From Owenia fusiformis (taxonomy: Eukaryota): a DNA stretch of 64,000 nt. A model generated the notes under the pieces. The model was given only the letters and a program-made list of their open reading frames with translations. It ran no database searches and was not told where the DNA came from. The position numbers and the translations under genes were made by a program. The stretch covers positions 10,974,001-11,038,000 of the forward strand of contig CAIIXF020000001.1 in the NCBI GenBank assembly GCA_903813345.2, written 5' to 3'. Positions 13,937 to 28,400 of this stretch are shown here, in pieces; positions within the stretch are counted from its first letter, which is position 1, and each line of letters starts with the position of its first letter.

Positions 13937-16900
13937 TAGTTCTATGCTTATGTACTGAATCTATGTCCCACCAAGACATGATGGTGTATTGTAATAGCCA
14001 TCATTTCCCTTTACATTTTTCAGGTGGTGACATTTTGTCATTTGAAAACATTGTACCTTATCACAGGAATTCAAACTGGAAAGTACAAACTGCTGTAGCA
14101 GTACTCAGGTCTAGTTTTAACTAAAAGTCAAAAATAATCTTGTTTACTGTAAAAAGGAAACATAATTTGTCGTTACCAATTACAGTTTTAGCAGACAATG
14201 CAGTTTTATTTGAGATCAACTGTATTATCTAAAAATTAATATGCAAATGTCATTCCCTTGCTTAATGCGGATTCTTTTGCTGTCACTGGGGTCTCATAAA
14301 TATTCCTAGGAGCAATTGACAAATTAGCAGTGTGAATCCATGAGACAAGGGATCAGTGGTTGAATTAAGTGTGTTTAAGCTTGAGATGAATGGCAATAAA
14401 ACTCTATTGATGATGAAAACATTTTATCAATACTTGATTAGGTTTTGTATTAGATGATCTTGCCTCATCTGCAGTCTATTTTCGTCTGTTCGATTTGCTT
14501 TAAGTCTTGATGTCTGTCTTATTTAATGTTCACAAATTCAAGACAAACATTTGTATGTCTCTAAGAAAAATCAAGTTTTGTAGACTATTATTAGATATAC
14601 TTTGAGGGACATAGTTAAAAGTTGATGTATACCCACATAAGTGATTGATTAAATTTGATGGGAGGGGGTAAATGTTAATATGTATCTTATCCTACATCAG
14701 TTTTAAAAGAAAGCAACTTCCAAATTGGGAAAATGAATACCAGTAAATGTATTAATTTATTTTGGGTGAGAGGGTGTCAATTCTAAATGTAATAAAATCA
14801 TTGGTCTGGTCCCTTATTGTATCATAATTCAATAACACACCATGCTGCTTTTCCTATAAATATCAAATGTTTTTAATCAACATCATGTAACCCGATATGA
14901 AATGTTTTAGAGGCAGATTAGCCAATGTCAAATAAAATATGACATAAAACATCATGTTCTTCAAAATGACTGCAGGTAACATGAGAAGAAGGGTACCAAG
15001 GACATTATTGATATTCTCAAAAAGATGGCACCTCTAGTAAATTGAAATATTTTTATATTAATTTGTGTTATGCTTACAATTGTGATTAACCGAACTTGCT
15101 TGAATTATATTTTCAATTTTTGAATCATGATACAGATAAAGTACATGATACGATTTTAAGTTGCAAGAAACAGTGTTCATGGCTGAAAGATATTGCACTG
15201 ACACCATTAATTTCCCTGTCACAAATTAAGAGGAAATTGTAATATACTGGGCTGAGACTAGAAAATAAATCTTTAACAATATGCTCAATTTAGAAACAAT
15301 TTCTATTGACATTGTACAATTATTGAGATTGTTGTGTTTTTGAAAAGATGAAAAACATACAGCAGTGATGTGACAGTGGCGGCCAATGTTTGAGTTGGTA
15401 TAACAAATTTATTCTGCATTTTGAATGCCATTAAAATAAGTGGCTTACCTAATTTTTGAGCAAAATTATAATCTCAGATGTGTGTGGCTATATGTACTGT
15501 TTGAAAGCTTTGAACAAAAACAAACAAAATGTCATTGATAAGTTAAGATAAAGATAAATACTTTTTAGATGTTTCCATAGTCAAATTATTATAACCAGAG
15601 ATGAATTTCATTTATTATTACAAAATAAGTTGTTGATAATACAATAATTCTAATTTTCTGTTTCAGATCACATAATACAGCTTTAGCTACTTTAATTAAT
15701 GAGGTATTGGGGAATGACCTCATCATTCCAAACTATATGTCATTACTTGATGTACTCGATAGTATGTAATGTAATACATCAGAGAACTGTAAGTTCTATT
15801 TTATCCAAAATATTCTTGCATGGTTGACCCTAATAATTATTATATAGTTATAATGGTCACTGTTGATTCTGTATTTCTATGCTAACCAATATCTCTATTT
15901 GATTGAAATTCCAAAAGGTGAATGAACTTTGTATTATAAGGAACCATCATATGAGGAAATCTGTTACATCAAAGCACTTATGCCAGTGTTATAATGATTG
16001 AGTTGTTCGTTTGTAAATAAGTTTCACCCTAAATGCATTTTTATACAAACCCAATTTGACGTCAATGTATTACCATCTCGGCTAGTAACTGTTCCAGATT
16101 ACATATTGACTAAAATCTGTTCATCCACCTCATATTATTGATCTTCACAAGCCTAGCTCTGTTGTATATGTATTTTCTCATATCATAATATGTTTAGTTA
16201 AAACATTGTAACTTTCCAGTTGTGATTTTAAAAACCTGATTCCAATCATCCTCAATACTCATGAATTCATGTTTCGGGGATTGTTTTTGAGCATATCCAT
16301 ATGATATTTAACTACAGGTAAACTCTTTTTAACCGTACTAATAAAGTGAAAAAAATATTGGTAGTAAAACATATATTAAAAGACAATTTGTTTAACATAT
16401 ATTTTTCTTCAATACATTATTAACAATATCTTCAAAGTCATTCTGATAGATTTAATAGGATTATCTCATCACTACTGGCAATTTGAAAACCACTTACAAT
16501 ACCAAAAGTCCTCCTTTTAGATACATATTTATCTTCACAATCAACTATCTGACAATTCATCTACGATACCACACATATAACTGTCCAAATACAATTATGA
16601 AATTGGTTAATACCAGGTCACTCTGGCATCTTGATAAAACAACGTTTGGTTTTTGCCATTTGTGGAATTTCCCTTTAATTAAATATGATGGTGGATCGAG
16701 ATCATGGTAGATTACACAGCCAAAAGTGTCTACAGTTGATCATATATTCTCCTTCAAATTACTGCTTTACGTGACATCAGACGCTTTTTACTCCTGATAA
16801 ATTGTAGAATTTGCATTGCTATACACATCAATGTGTGAACTTAATTTTCAGTCCATGTTATTTCATTGAAATGAGACAACATTTTATGCAAGCGTGTTAT

Positions 16901-17461
16901 ATTTGAATCAAATGTCAATTGAGTTTTGTCATTAGCAACCAAAGTTAGAGTAGCATTGATAAAACAAAGCAGTTATAGTACACCTAATATTTAACAATTA
17001 TTTGCTACAATTTTTGCACTCAGACAATGCATTCTTAAAGTTAAGCACATTTTCCTCTTTGGTCAACTTATTAGAGCTGTTTTCCACTCATGTTTCATCC
17101 TTCCTGTATTGAATAACATTATATTAACAAGCATGTTTTGCAAATTGTGTCACTCTGTTTTTAAATTTGTTTTGGAGATATTATAATTGTATTATGATTA
17201 ATCTGATTTAGTTCTTGGGCAGAAAAAAACTTACCTTATATACTTCTTCAAGTCAGTTGGAGAGTTATAACTTTCTGTTCTTTTCTATCCTACAAGCAAA
17301 CATGCATAAGATCAGAAATAAAATGTCTTCATCAGTCCAATTGAACATTGTCAGAATCAAACACATGACCTTTAAATAACAGTGTTCTAGACTGCACAAC
17401 CAAAGTCACAGGCCAAAAAGGTTCTTTCATTATCAAAGCTGAGTAGAAACACACAAGTAGC

Positions 17462-17545
17462 CACATACACACACCATGCACACATACACACACCATGCAC
17501 ACATACACACACCATGCACACATACACACACCATGCACACATACA
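17462..17545. repeat. Minisatellite (CACATACACACACCATGCA), 19-bp unit, ~4.4 copies
   Basis: Perfect repeats read directly; explains ORFs 17332..17583 and 17387..17635. Confidence 0.95.
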
Positions 17546-19828
17546 GCCGAAATGCAAGACTGCACTTCCAGTGTCAGGACCAATCCTCATGCCCTCAGAT
17601 TTTTTAGCTGGTTCATTTACATTACTTTGTAACATTAAATGTTGTCATATCAAAGCAAAATAAATGTGGCACAAATTGCAATGAACATGAGATTGAGATC
17701 ACATGGTATAAATGAGAATTCAATGAACAAACTGAATGGAGATATAACAATACAATAAATAACAAACAATAAATTAAAAACCAATACCCAAAACGGTAAT
17801 GAGTGTCTAGGATAAGTTATCTGATTCTGATGCTTGCATTCTCAGACAATCGAGATGTGGATTTTTATGGAGATGCTGATATTTTGCCTTTTCATTTATC
17901 AAACTATTCGCTATATTTACATTTGCCTTTTGCTGCCTGGCAGGTGGTCAGATTGGATAATACTTATTATCACTTACACAACCATTGATGCATTTGATTT
18001 TAACAGATGCGTGCGCATACTAGTGGAATCAGTCCTGTATAGGTTTTAGGCATGCTGCGGGATACAAGCTGGCCTTTTTGTATTTCTAATCTTTTTTGAC
18101 TTTCAATTTTCTTTAGAATCTTAATTTTGGAGGCCATATTGGATCTTTTCATATATCTTGTCTTCATGCTTCCAGAGAAATTGCTTTCCACATATGCTTC
18201 AGTTTTGTACTACCGTGAAACCCCGAGGGTATCATTTGAACTTTTTTTATTCAATCTTTGAATCAATCAATTAAATCTCATAGAAAATGTGGGAAAAAGA
18301 GGAGCATTTCAAAAACTATTCACAATTCAAAAATACAAGACCATGCAACATATCATTTATATAGAGGTCATGACAATAATGAAGCTGCAGGATTTATCAT
18401 CTTAGCTATATATGTTTGATTTTTATGTCTCGACAAAGAAGTTGCGACACATTGTTATAGCTATTGTTTTTGTGACAGGCTTTCAGAAATTTACTTTATT
18501 CTTTGAAATCAGCTATATCAACCTGGTAAAGGATCTACAGGATTGCTCTCTTGTGTTTCACTTTCACTAATCGTAATGATCATAAAATAGAAACTGAAAA
18601 CATGTATGTATCTTCCTTTCACATTATTTTACAAATAAAGGTATTTTATGCCCGGATATATCTGGAACTATTGCAAATATTATAACTGATATTAAATGTT
18701 GGATGGTAATTATTGTATAGTATCTGGGATTAGGAATATAAGTAGATTAAAAATCAACATTTCAACTTGGTTTATTCTTTGCATATCCTGTGATAAATGA
18801 AATTCAGTTTACGTAGTGGATGTTGAATTCATGATTCAATGATCTGATGATGCAGAGGGAATTCATGTAGACAGGATACAAAGCTTTTTGTCTGGATATT
18901 ATTAAATCATATCAATAATACATCATTTGGATATAGATCCATACATACTGATGTTCCTCAATTTTGTTATTCTGCGTCATGTTATAATGTAACATGAAGT
19001 CCTCATTAATATATGTAGTAATGTAGGCGACAATGCAGATTACATATGCCCCCTATTGTTCTACAACTGATAAATTTGTATGTATTTAAATCAGCGCAAG
19101 AAAATGAAAAAAATGCATATACATGTACTATATCTAGTATCCCAGATTATGATGTAACATATAAGGAATGTATAATACCTCCTTCCTCACACCCAATCAC
19201 ATGGGACATGTCATTCATGCTTAGTAGAATACACCAGTCATTAGGAAACAGACCCCATATCCCAAACCATAATTAAACATGAAAAGAAATAATGTCTGAT
19301 ATTATCACAATCCAGGACCATAACACCAAGGGACATTCCATTTTTACAGAAGCCATTACATTATGTTGAAGAATAAATGTAAATTGATAAACCATTAGGT
19401 TTAGTTACAGTTTCTTTTCCTTATGACTGGTGTACACTTTGATTTTTTTCTTGCTGGGTTCTGTTACAATGTTTGGTCCTTTCCCTTAGGCACTTGTGGA
19501 TATATCCGCATATGGTGCGGAGTCATTGCAGTGCAGTGCCATTTTTAAATTTGAATTTATGAAATCTCATGAACCAATCTATGTTGGGCATTTAGTTATA
19601 TTCATGTGTAGATGTATCCAAAAACAACTATTTATATACAATTTTTCAAGAAATTCCATCTGAAGATAAATAATCGTCAGGGTCATTTAGAAGTACATGT
19701 ATACATCCCCCAAGATTAAAGGTAGATTAAATTTTGTTCATATGCTGCACATTATACACACATTTAAGGGACAATTAGATGTATAGGTAATATGATTATG
19801 AAATGATGAAAAGATGATAAATGCAAGG

Positions 19829-19922
19829 AGCTCACACGTCTCAAACTCACAACCTCATGGTTATGGTGACAGCGCCTAGCTCAGCGTGTTCAGTGCTCTA
19901 GACTGCTTGGCTGACTCAACCC
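19829..19922 (-). mobile_element. Degenerate tRNA-derived SINE head
   Basis: Minus strand GGTTGAGTCAGCCAAGCAGTCTAGAGCACTG...GGTTGTGAGTTTGAGAC resembles decayed Pol III A and B boxes; no intact cloverleaf. Confidence 0.4.
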
Positions 19923-22900
19923 CAAAACAGGTTGTTTCATCAGTCAATCTGACTAGAATGAACAGCTGTTAATGCTCAAACACATCAGAGGTAATAGTAA
20001 TATATCCTACTATGTCAGCACAATGGCCCAAATAGAGAAACATCCAAAACGTACTAAATATACCAAATTAAGCCTCATATGTTGTGTAATAGTTAAATGC
20101 CAAAGAATGCTCTGGCTTCAAACCCGGTTTCAAACGTAGGAATGAGTTTTGAGGAAAAAAACGTACAGTACATAGCAACCTGTGATCTGTATTTATTATT
20201 ATGTTAAAAAGAGTATTTTCAGATCTATAGAGGCGATGCTATCTTACCCCTATTCCCTTACATTTAGCACTACACTTGAATGTCATTATATATCAATTTA
20301 GTTCTCAAATTTTATCTTAGAGAAATCACACTGTGTGATAGCATCTCATAGTCCAAATTTAGGACAATTATGTTCTACAGAAAGAAAAATATCCCTAATG
20401 GGAATCAATCCCACAAATGAATTTAATGCATAATAGTCATCATAATAGACATGAATAAATCAGTGTGATCATTACTACAATTTGTGAAAATAAAATGAAT
20501 CTTTACCTTTGAATGAAATTTGATTTGCTGATCTCCAGCAAATCATAATAGTATCAGTATTAGGGGAGATATCATATATATATATATCTGTCATTGAAAA
20601 TCCATTGCTTTAATTTTCGGTCCACATGTATTCAGTTCCATGAAAGTGAAGTTAATACTCATTGTAATCAATTCTCCTTGTTATTGCATCCTTTTCTTGT
20701 AGAATAGAACAATCCTGGATCTGACAGTAAGAGATTAGTATGCTATGCTCTTACAGCAATGTGTGTTAAATTGCCACGGATAAGCGTAAGCTCTTCAAAT
20801 AATCCTTTGATCCTTCTTAATGTTCATCTGTTGCAATAAATACTCCTCTGTCCTCTATGGATATCTCTTGTGGTTCCACTTGTTGAGAGGTGTTTTTTCA
20901 CTGTCACCTTCTTGAGTACGGTAATCAAAAATGAGATCTTCCATATAGGACTCCTTTGGCACGCAATTCATGATACAAGCCAATTTATGTCAGAGATGGT
21001 TAGAAAACATTGTAGAAATGTACTACTGCTTTATTAACTGCTTTACCAATAAATCTGCATTGAGAATATTGACTGAGGAATACAAGCAATTGCGAGACTC
21101 ACCAAATAACATCTCTCTAACTATCACGAGCCCATGTTCCTAATTAAATATGTGAGCCTTTCAAAGCAACTGGTTGAAACGACTGTCCTGATGCAGTTCC
21201 AATGCAATATGCTTCCTAATTACTGTCCTATCTATGATGATTTACCTGAAACTTAACTGATGATCTTTACGAGAATCAGTCTACTTCAGTGAATTCCTAT
21301 GCATGCATCATTACACAAACTGATTTACCTCCCTTTTCCCTTTCGTATTTTCATGTATTCCAGGGCTCCGAAACTGTGACTATTATTTCAAGTAATCTCA
21401 TTCAGTGCGGATTCACTGTCATAATGCATAAATTAGAATAAGTGATAGGGAACCAATATCTCCCTCAAATGGCTCTATAGGGATACATAAACCTTAGCTA
21501 CACGTTGGCTCCCTTGTTAGGCGTCATTGGGTTATGTTTTTTCCACTCATATGCAACTGATGGATAAGACTTTTGGGACTGCAAACCGCCAATTGGCTTG
21601 TTTAGCATTCAAATAACTTTATAGCATCTGACAAACAATAACTCTTCAAATGCATGGTTGAAATAATGGCAACAATTCAGAAAATAAAGTATGTGCGATC
21701 AAATGTTGTGTTTTGTTTTTACTTATATACATGAAAAATATATTTATCTAAGGAATATTGCCAAGAATCAGATAGTGTGATTTGATTTATTTGTTTTATG
21801 TAAAAATAGTGACAGTCTGCATCATTTGAAAGCCCAAATATTGTCAACATTATATTGAAGGGAATTATAGAGCTAGTCTTATCCAGACCTGAGATAAAAA
21901 ATATCAAATTATATATAAACTTAATCAGTTTGTAATTGTATTATTCCAAAAATATTAAAGTATGCAGTATCATTCTTATGAGATGTGATAAATGGCAGAT
22001 ATAGTATATTAGATTACTGGTAAAATTTAAAAAGTAAGTTGTCCAGCGAAAATTTCAAAAAGCATGTATATTAATTTTGCACCGTAAGAAAAAGAAGTCT
22101 CGGATCACAACCAAGCATAAGGAAACTGACCCAAAATATCCTAAACTACCTTTAACAGGTATGCAGTTTCAAAGTCCATAAAGGTTTAAACCTGTACCTT
22201 CTGCAAATAATAGTTAGGTTGATCTGAGAAACCCAATACTATTTTGTGCGATAATGAGAGATATATACAGAACAGAATTTCAATACTGGGGCATACTTTG
22301 TAACATCGAGAGATCAAAAATTACAAAATTAACACTGCTTTTCGTATCATTTGACAAGTAATCATTTTGAAATAAATGACATATTACTTTCCTATGAGTT
22401 GGCAAAACAACAGTGTGATGGTCCAGTGATTTCCTTAGATGTTGAGAAAGCTGCATATTTTTACATTGTTGCCTAAACATCAATGACATCATGATTCTTA
22501 TCTAAATCATCAAAATTGAATAAAAATAATGATTCCACATCATTTTGAAATATGTCGTGAACATAAAATGTTACGGGTGATGCCGTATGTTTAATGTTTT
22601 GGCCAAAAATAATGCTCTAAAATTGTTTTTAAGGTAAAATAATATGGAAAACTATTACATGAGGCTTTTAGTTGGTATCATTACGAAGATTTTGGTAGAT
22701 CACATAAGTATGTTTGTCACACATATTATCCAAGTATTTACATAGTAAGAACAGTAAACGTCAAAAATTGAAACATTCCCTCGTATTGAACTTTGAATCA
22801 GAATGATGAACAAATTGTTCAAATCTTGGTTCAAACTTATTACGCATAAACATAGTTTATTACTATGTGTCAGCTAAATATTAAAGCATCAATGATATTT

Positions 22901-24745
22901 CTGTAGTATGAAAATGTAATAATAATATGTGTCCAAATATTGCGTTTTGATCATAGGTGAAGCGTTTAAACAAAATTGTGAATTAGATTAAGATGAATTT
23001 CTAAGTTCAAAAAGTTGAATTACATAATGAAAACATTCATGTCACAGAAAAGTTGATACAGTCTCTTATGCCTTGGGCATCTAATCTGTCTGGAGCAAGC
23101 ACCAGATACTGCTAATTTTAGCGCTGTAATATTATTGCCAATTAATTAAGACACAACATTCCAATATATAGTTTAATAAAAATATTGATTTCTTTTCTGT
23201 TTCATTGTATATACCTATAAACTTGCTGAACCATAAACATTTGTAAAGATATCAATTTCCTCATTTTTTGTTCTGTTAAGATTGCAAGTTAAATGTACCG
23301 AAGTTCTCAGCTGTTTAGAATGGTATTAAACAAAAAAAGGTAATAAACCATTGTGTAGAGATGATTAAAAGGTAAATGTTGTGATCATTGCGGATTGAGT
23401 TCTAGTTAAGCCAAAAGACTTTGATCTATTATAATGCTGAATAGTGATAAAGTACATTGTGCAAGTGTGTTTCAGTAAACAAGATGTATGAAACCGAATG
23501 ATCAATCAATACACACAGTATTTTCAAAGTTCAGATGAATTTATGGCTATATAAAGTCCAACTGGGTGCCTTTTGGGAATCTCCAACTACAGCTCCACGA
23601 ATATCCATGATTAATTCTGCAATTCGTGTTTGTGCAATGTCTTGATTTAAACAAATCTTGGCTGCAGATATAAACTCAGCTATTTGTTGAAGATTTATAA
23701 ATATTAGGCTGACATCTTCATTAAATGGATACGCCTCAAGATATCGTTGTGGGTTCTATTAGTTTGTCAGACTGATGGCATTTGTATCTTAATATCAAAT
23801 GGCAGGATTAATCTGGGAAATAGAGTCATTAATATCAATTACCATGCTTCAGTGACCAATAAAGACATATTGTGTTTTAATCAATGACTTACAAGTTCAT
23901 ATAGCAGTGGCCATATTTTTCACAATTTTTCATTTTCTAGATTTAGATTGTAATGCCTTACTTCACTAAGTCCTGATTACATTGTGTAACTGTTTGAAAT
24001 GACGTATTTGTTAGGATATTGTTTCATGCATTCTCTCCATTAATCTAATGAGAGATGGAGTGGAGATTTCTACATCTGAATACGGGGATTAACAGTGGAT
24101 GAGTTTGATTGATTCAGAACATGGTATGCAAATTGGAAATGATATGAAGGAATGTTAAACCTCACTATCATGTTATTACCATCTTCGGAAATGTGTTAAC
24201 TAGCTCAAAGTGTTGAAATCTGTGAAAAATATAATATGAAAGCAATAGAAATGTGATGAGTTCCAATTGCGCCAGTTCTGAGGCTACTGGAAACTTGAAA
24301 CAGTAAGAAATAAGAACAGTATTGCTTTGATTTTACCATGTGTATCAGAGCATGAATTAAGGACACTCTTGCTATATACCTTAGATAATGTAGGTGCAGT
24401 ATCAAAGTACTGTAGTCTTAAGTGCATTTCAGCGAGTGTTTTTTCTTTTTGCTAACATTTCTATCAGAATGCTTAGACCTTCCTTGTGACACGTCTCATT
24501 TGGTATTATTTCATTAAGCATTCAAGGGATCACTTTTGTCTCAGTTAATTGGTTTCATCTAAGAAACGCAAATGTAGTTATCAGATTATCTTTACAAAGC
24601 AACTGACTAATCTATAGGCATTGGCAACTCTTTTGTAGAATTCAATAAATCCAAATGTGTGGAAGTACTTTCCAATTTGTGGACTAAATATTTAATGTAA
24701 GTAAATCTTGAGTCCATACCAGAGCTTTCAAATTCAATTAGTGTA

Positions 24746-25010
24746 TTATTGAAGACTTTGAAGCTCTCACATATGATCATATAGATATTGTAGTGTGCAG
24801 TAGTACAATTAGTTCAAACCACCATATAACATTACTTGGGCCAGTTCAGCTACCTTTGATTTTTATTGGTGAAGACTTTGAAGCTCTCATATATGATCAT
24901 ATAATTTCCAGTGATGAAATTAGTCACAAACCTCATGTAATATTACATGCGTCATCATCCTTTGATATTTATTGGTAAACAGTGAAGTTTTCACATATGA
25001 TCACATACTA
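24746..25010. repeat. Diverged tandem repeat, ~110-120-bp unit, ~3 copies
   Basis: GAAGACTTTGAAGCTCTCAYATATGATCAT at 24751 and 24871; decayed third copy near 24984. Confidence 0.75.
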
Positions 25011-25261
25011 ATGAAATTAACTCAAAGGCTCTTGTAACATATGAATAACAGTATGGAAGAATTTGAACCCTAATACCTCTCTTAGCATTATTTTGGCCAG
25101 TACTGATAGTGCATAGTATTAAAAAGAATTAAACCAAAATCTCTTATAGCATTATTTGAGTACATTTAAATAAAAGTGTCCAGATAGCTCAGGTGTTGCT
25201 CAGCATGTACCTTGGATACAAGTGGTTCAAGGTTTGATTCAGAAAAATGTCTGTAGCATAT

Positions 25262-25400
25262 TTATTATCCCACCAATCAGTTCTGGAGGGGTATAGAGAA
25301 CCTCTCGTCTATCTGTTCGCTCATTCCTCCGTTCAGATGTGACTTGAATACCAGTTGACGGCATTTTTTCAGATAAAATGTAAGATGACAAGTCAAATAC
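25262..25400 (+). mobile_element. Decayed 5' fragment of HINE family B
   Basis: TTATTATCCCACCAATCAGTTCTGGAGGGGTATAGAGA...AATACCAGTTGA matches the starts at 32488 and 50439. Confidence 0.6.
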
Positions 25401-28400
25401 AATTTGACACATTTGGTTTAAACTTTATGCTTTTGGAACAAAGGACCTTTCCTCAATAAATTGAATATGGTGAATATATTATTGGTTGAGACCTTATCAT
25501 GTCAGGACCTTAACTTGAAAAGGAATTTCAAGGATGGTTTTGAAAGGACCTTTGCGCAAGAAGAAATTTTCAAAATGGCCACTGAAAAAAAATATTGAAT
25601 ATGCGTCAACACAAAAAGGGACAATATTAATGTCTGGAAATCATGAACTGTTCGAAATGACATGTGAGTTGATAAAATATTTGATGGTAATTGCTTCTAT
25701 GAGGAAAACAATTGGGCTTCCAAATTTAGACTTATGATAAAAATAAATCAAATATAATATCACATAAGCTCATTGGGGTCAGCTGCCTTTGATTTTTATT
25801 ACTCAGCAATTGCTGTTGGAGCTTTGTCCTCATACGTTTCTGCTTTTATGATAACTAGGTCTGGTTTATATCAAAGCATCTATGGCTTCCCAATTTGTAA
25901 ATTACCCTGCACCCAATAAAATGCCAAATGATGATATATGAGACAATTTTTGCCAATATTTGAGAACATTTAAGAAATATTGCTTCTATAATGTCTACAG
26001 TTTTGTCACATTGCAAAATATGTGAAATATTTTGATGACTATATATACATTACATTTATACTTGACACTTGGTGTTATTGCTGTCTACACATTATTAAAT
26101 TCTGTGTGTAAAGTAGTAATATTAAAGAAATAAGAAGGACTAAGAGTGTAAATGTTGAAAGCAAACCTTTCACAAACAATGCCAAAGTATTTTCTGAAAA
26201 GAGAATTGAGATATAGAAATCATTCAGTGAAGATTAAGATACAGAAATGTACATCCAAATTGATTAGAAATAAAAAAGGTGGCATCCCTCCTTTAATTTT
26301 TGCCAGATTATCTTCAAAATTATGATATTAGCTCAAAACCGTTGGACTTTTTAGAAAATAGGTATGACAATTGTGAGATTTAAAATATATTGTGAAATTG
26401 TTACAACTTTTGTAAAATTTACTCTCAACTTGTCTCTATATCACCTATAATCCCTTTAAATATGCTTTAAACATATCCCTGCACAATATATAAAGATTAA
26501 CAGTGTTTCCTATAAGGATACTGCTAACAAAATGCATAATCACATTCTGATAAGATACAAGCTTGAAGGGCGTCAGGGATATTTGTCAGAATGTCAGAAC
26601 AAATAAAATAAGCCCTTGAATTAAGACTGATCATATTTCTTAAAATCCTGATGTATTTGGGAATCATGTGGATTAGGTATTGCAAAAAGTAAGACATCAT
26701 GCAGTGAAAATCCTGATACTGGATAAGTTGGAATACAGTTTGATATTTTCATTAAGTTCCATTTATTTTTGAGTGGCAGAAGGCATGTACAATTTCCCCA
26801 AATTCAGTTATTAATATGGTTGAGCAGTTTCTGTATTTGACATTAATCAGATCTTGCTAGCACGAGGGATGATTGCAATGTTTAACAATTATTTTAACAT
26901 TTTTGCATTTCTATCAAGTAGTATGTAAGATTTGAGACAGTTTCCTATGCATGTATTGTTTAATAACTGGACTTTATGCAATTCTGATCTGAATCCTGAA
27001 TGCACAAGAGTTACATTGACTAATTATTAGAGTTGCATTGACCTTTGATACAGCATTGACTTTGTTATCAAAGTTGTCTGAATGTATGGTTACATAATCT
27101 AACATTTTATTTTGCATAGTAGCTGACCCTGTCTGCATTATTCCTTTAAACTGGGTATGGATTTTTCTTTTTGTAAATGGTAACTGGTATGACTACTCAT
27201 TGTCTGATAGAAGTCACATGATAATGTAATGAATGGTATGATACAAATCTGGATACTTATAAATCATGATACCAGCAATGTTCTTGACTTTATAATGAAA
27301 TACCATAGCCCAATATCAAGTCTACCTCCCCTGCATAGTTTAATTCAGATATGCTTATTTTGCAAAATTCTTTTGGAAGCCCGTCTGTGTTTCCCTTTTT
27401 ACAGCTGAGTGTCCAAAGTACTAGTGGTCCCACACTGTCCCAAACATAATGTTTTCTTAGGGGGAGGGGGTGCTACAATATCACAACAAGCCATGTCTGG
27501 CACTTACCTGACAGTAATTGTATCAATCATTGTGTTCAAAACTTTCAAAAACGTTCAATCCCTGTTCAACATTAACACTATAATTCCAAATGCAAAAAAT
27601 GAGAGCTAGACACAAGTAATTTGTATGCACTCAGTTAACATTATGTTTTTGACGTGTTATGTATATTGAGCAACCAAACTAAAAATATAGAGATAAAAAT
27701 TCAAAAAATCAAATATTCAGAAGATTTCAGCAAAATATGATGGATTTTAGGTATGTTAACAATATTTTGCTGTATATACAAATGTTGAGACTTGGTACTC
27801 ATTGTATCACATAAATATGCAGTCGCTTTCTATATGGACTCTTTTAAGACATTCCCGGTAGAAATAAGCCCATGAAATCAAAAAATAGTTGCAATGCAAA
27901 CAACAAAACCATCATCAAAACAGCAACATTTATATCTTTGACCAATTCAAACAGCACTTTATCATGACAATTAAAAGTGGAAGTCACAATTAAGAATTCA
28001 AGGACACTGGACGAAGGTAAATGACCAAAAGTTGAAATAGAACGAAGCAAGAAAAAACAAAATCGGTACAAGAAAAACAAACCCCATGTATCCTAAAACT
28101 GTATGGTCTAACATGAAAAGAAACAATGTCTAATATAACACCAGAACACCAAGGGACAGTTCATTCATACTGAAGACATTACAATACATGTTGAAGTAAA
28201 AATTAGAAATAGCAAATACTCATAACATCAAAAATAGTTGTAGATACAAGTACACAATATAGAGCATTCGGTTTCAAATGATGTGGGAGAGACAAACTCC
28301 AGTCTCAATGTCCATGGGCATTTCAAAAGTGTTTCAACATATTCAATAGTATTCATCAATATCCATTGAAAAGCAAGCTTGCATTCACACTCCCATTGTT

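Noticed and set aside
25180..25240. tRNA gene (TAGCTCAG...GGTTTGATTC)
   Set aside because: Only box-like remnants are present, with no acceptor stem or cloverleaf; at most a decayed SINE head.
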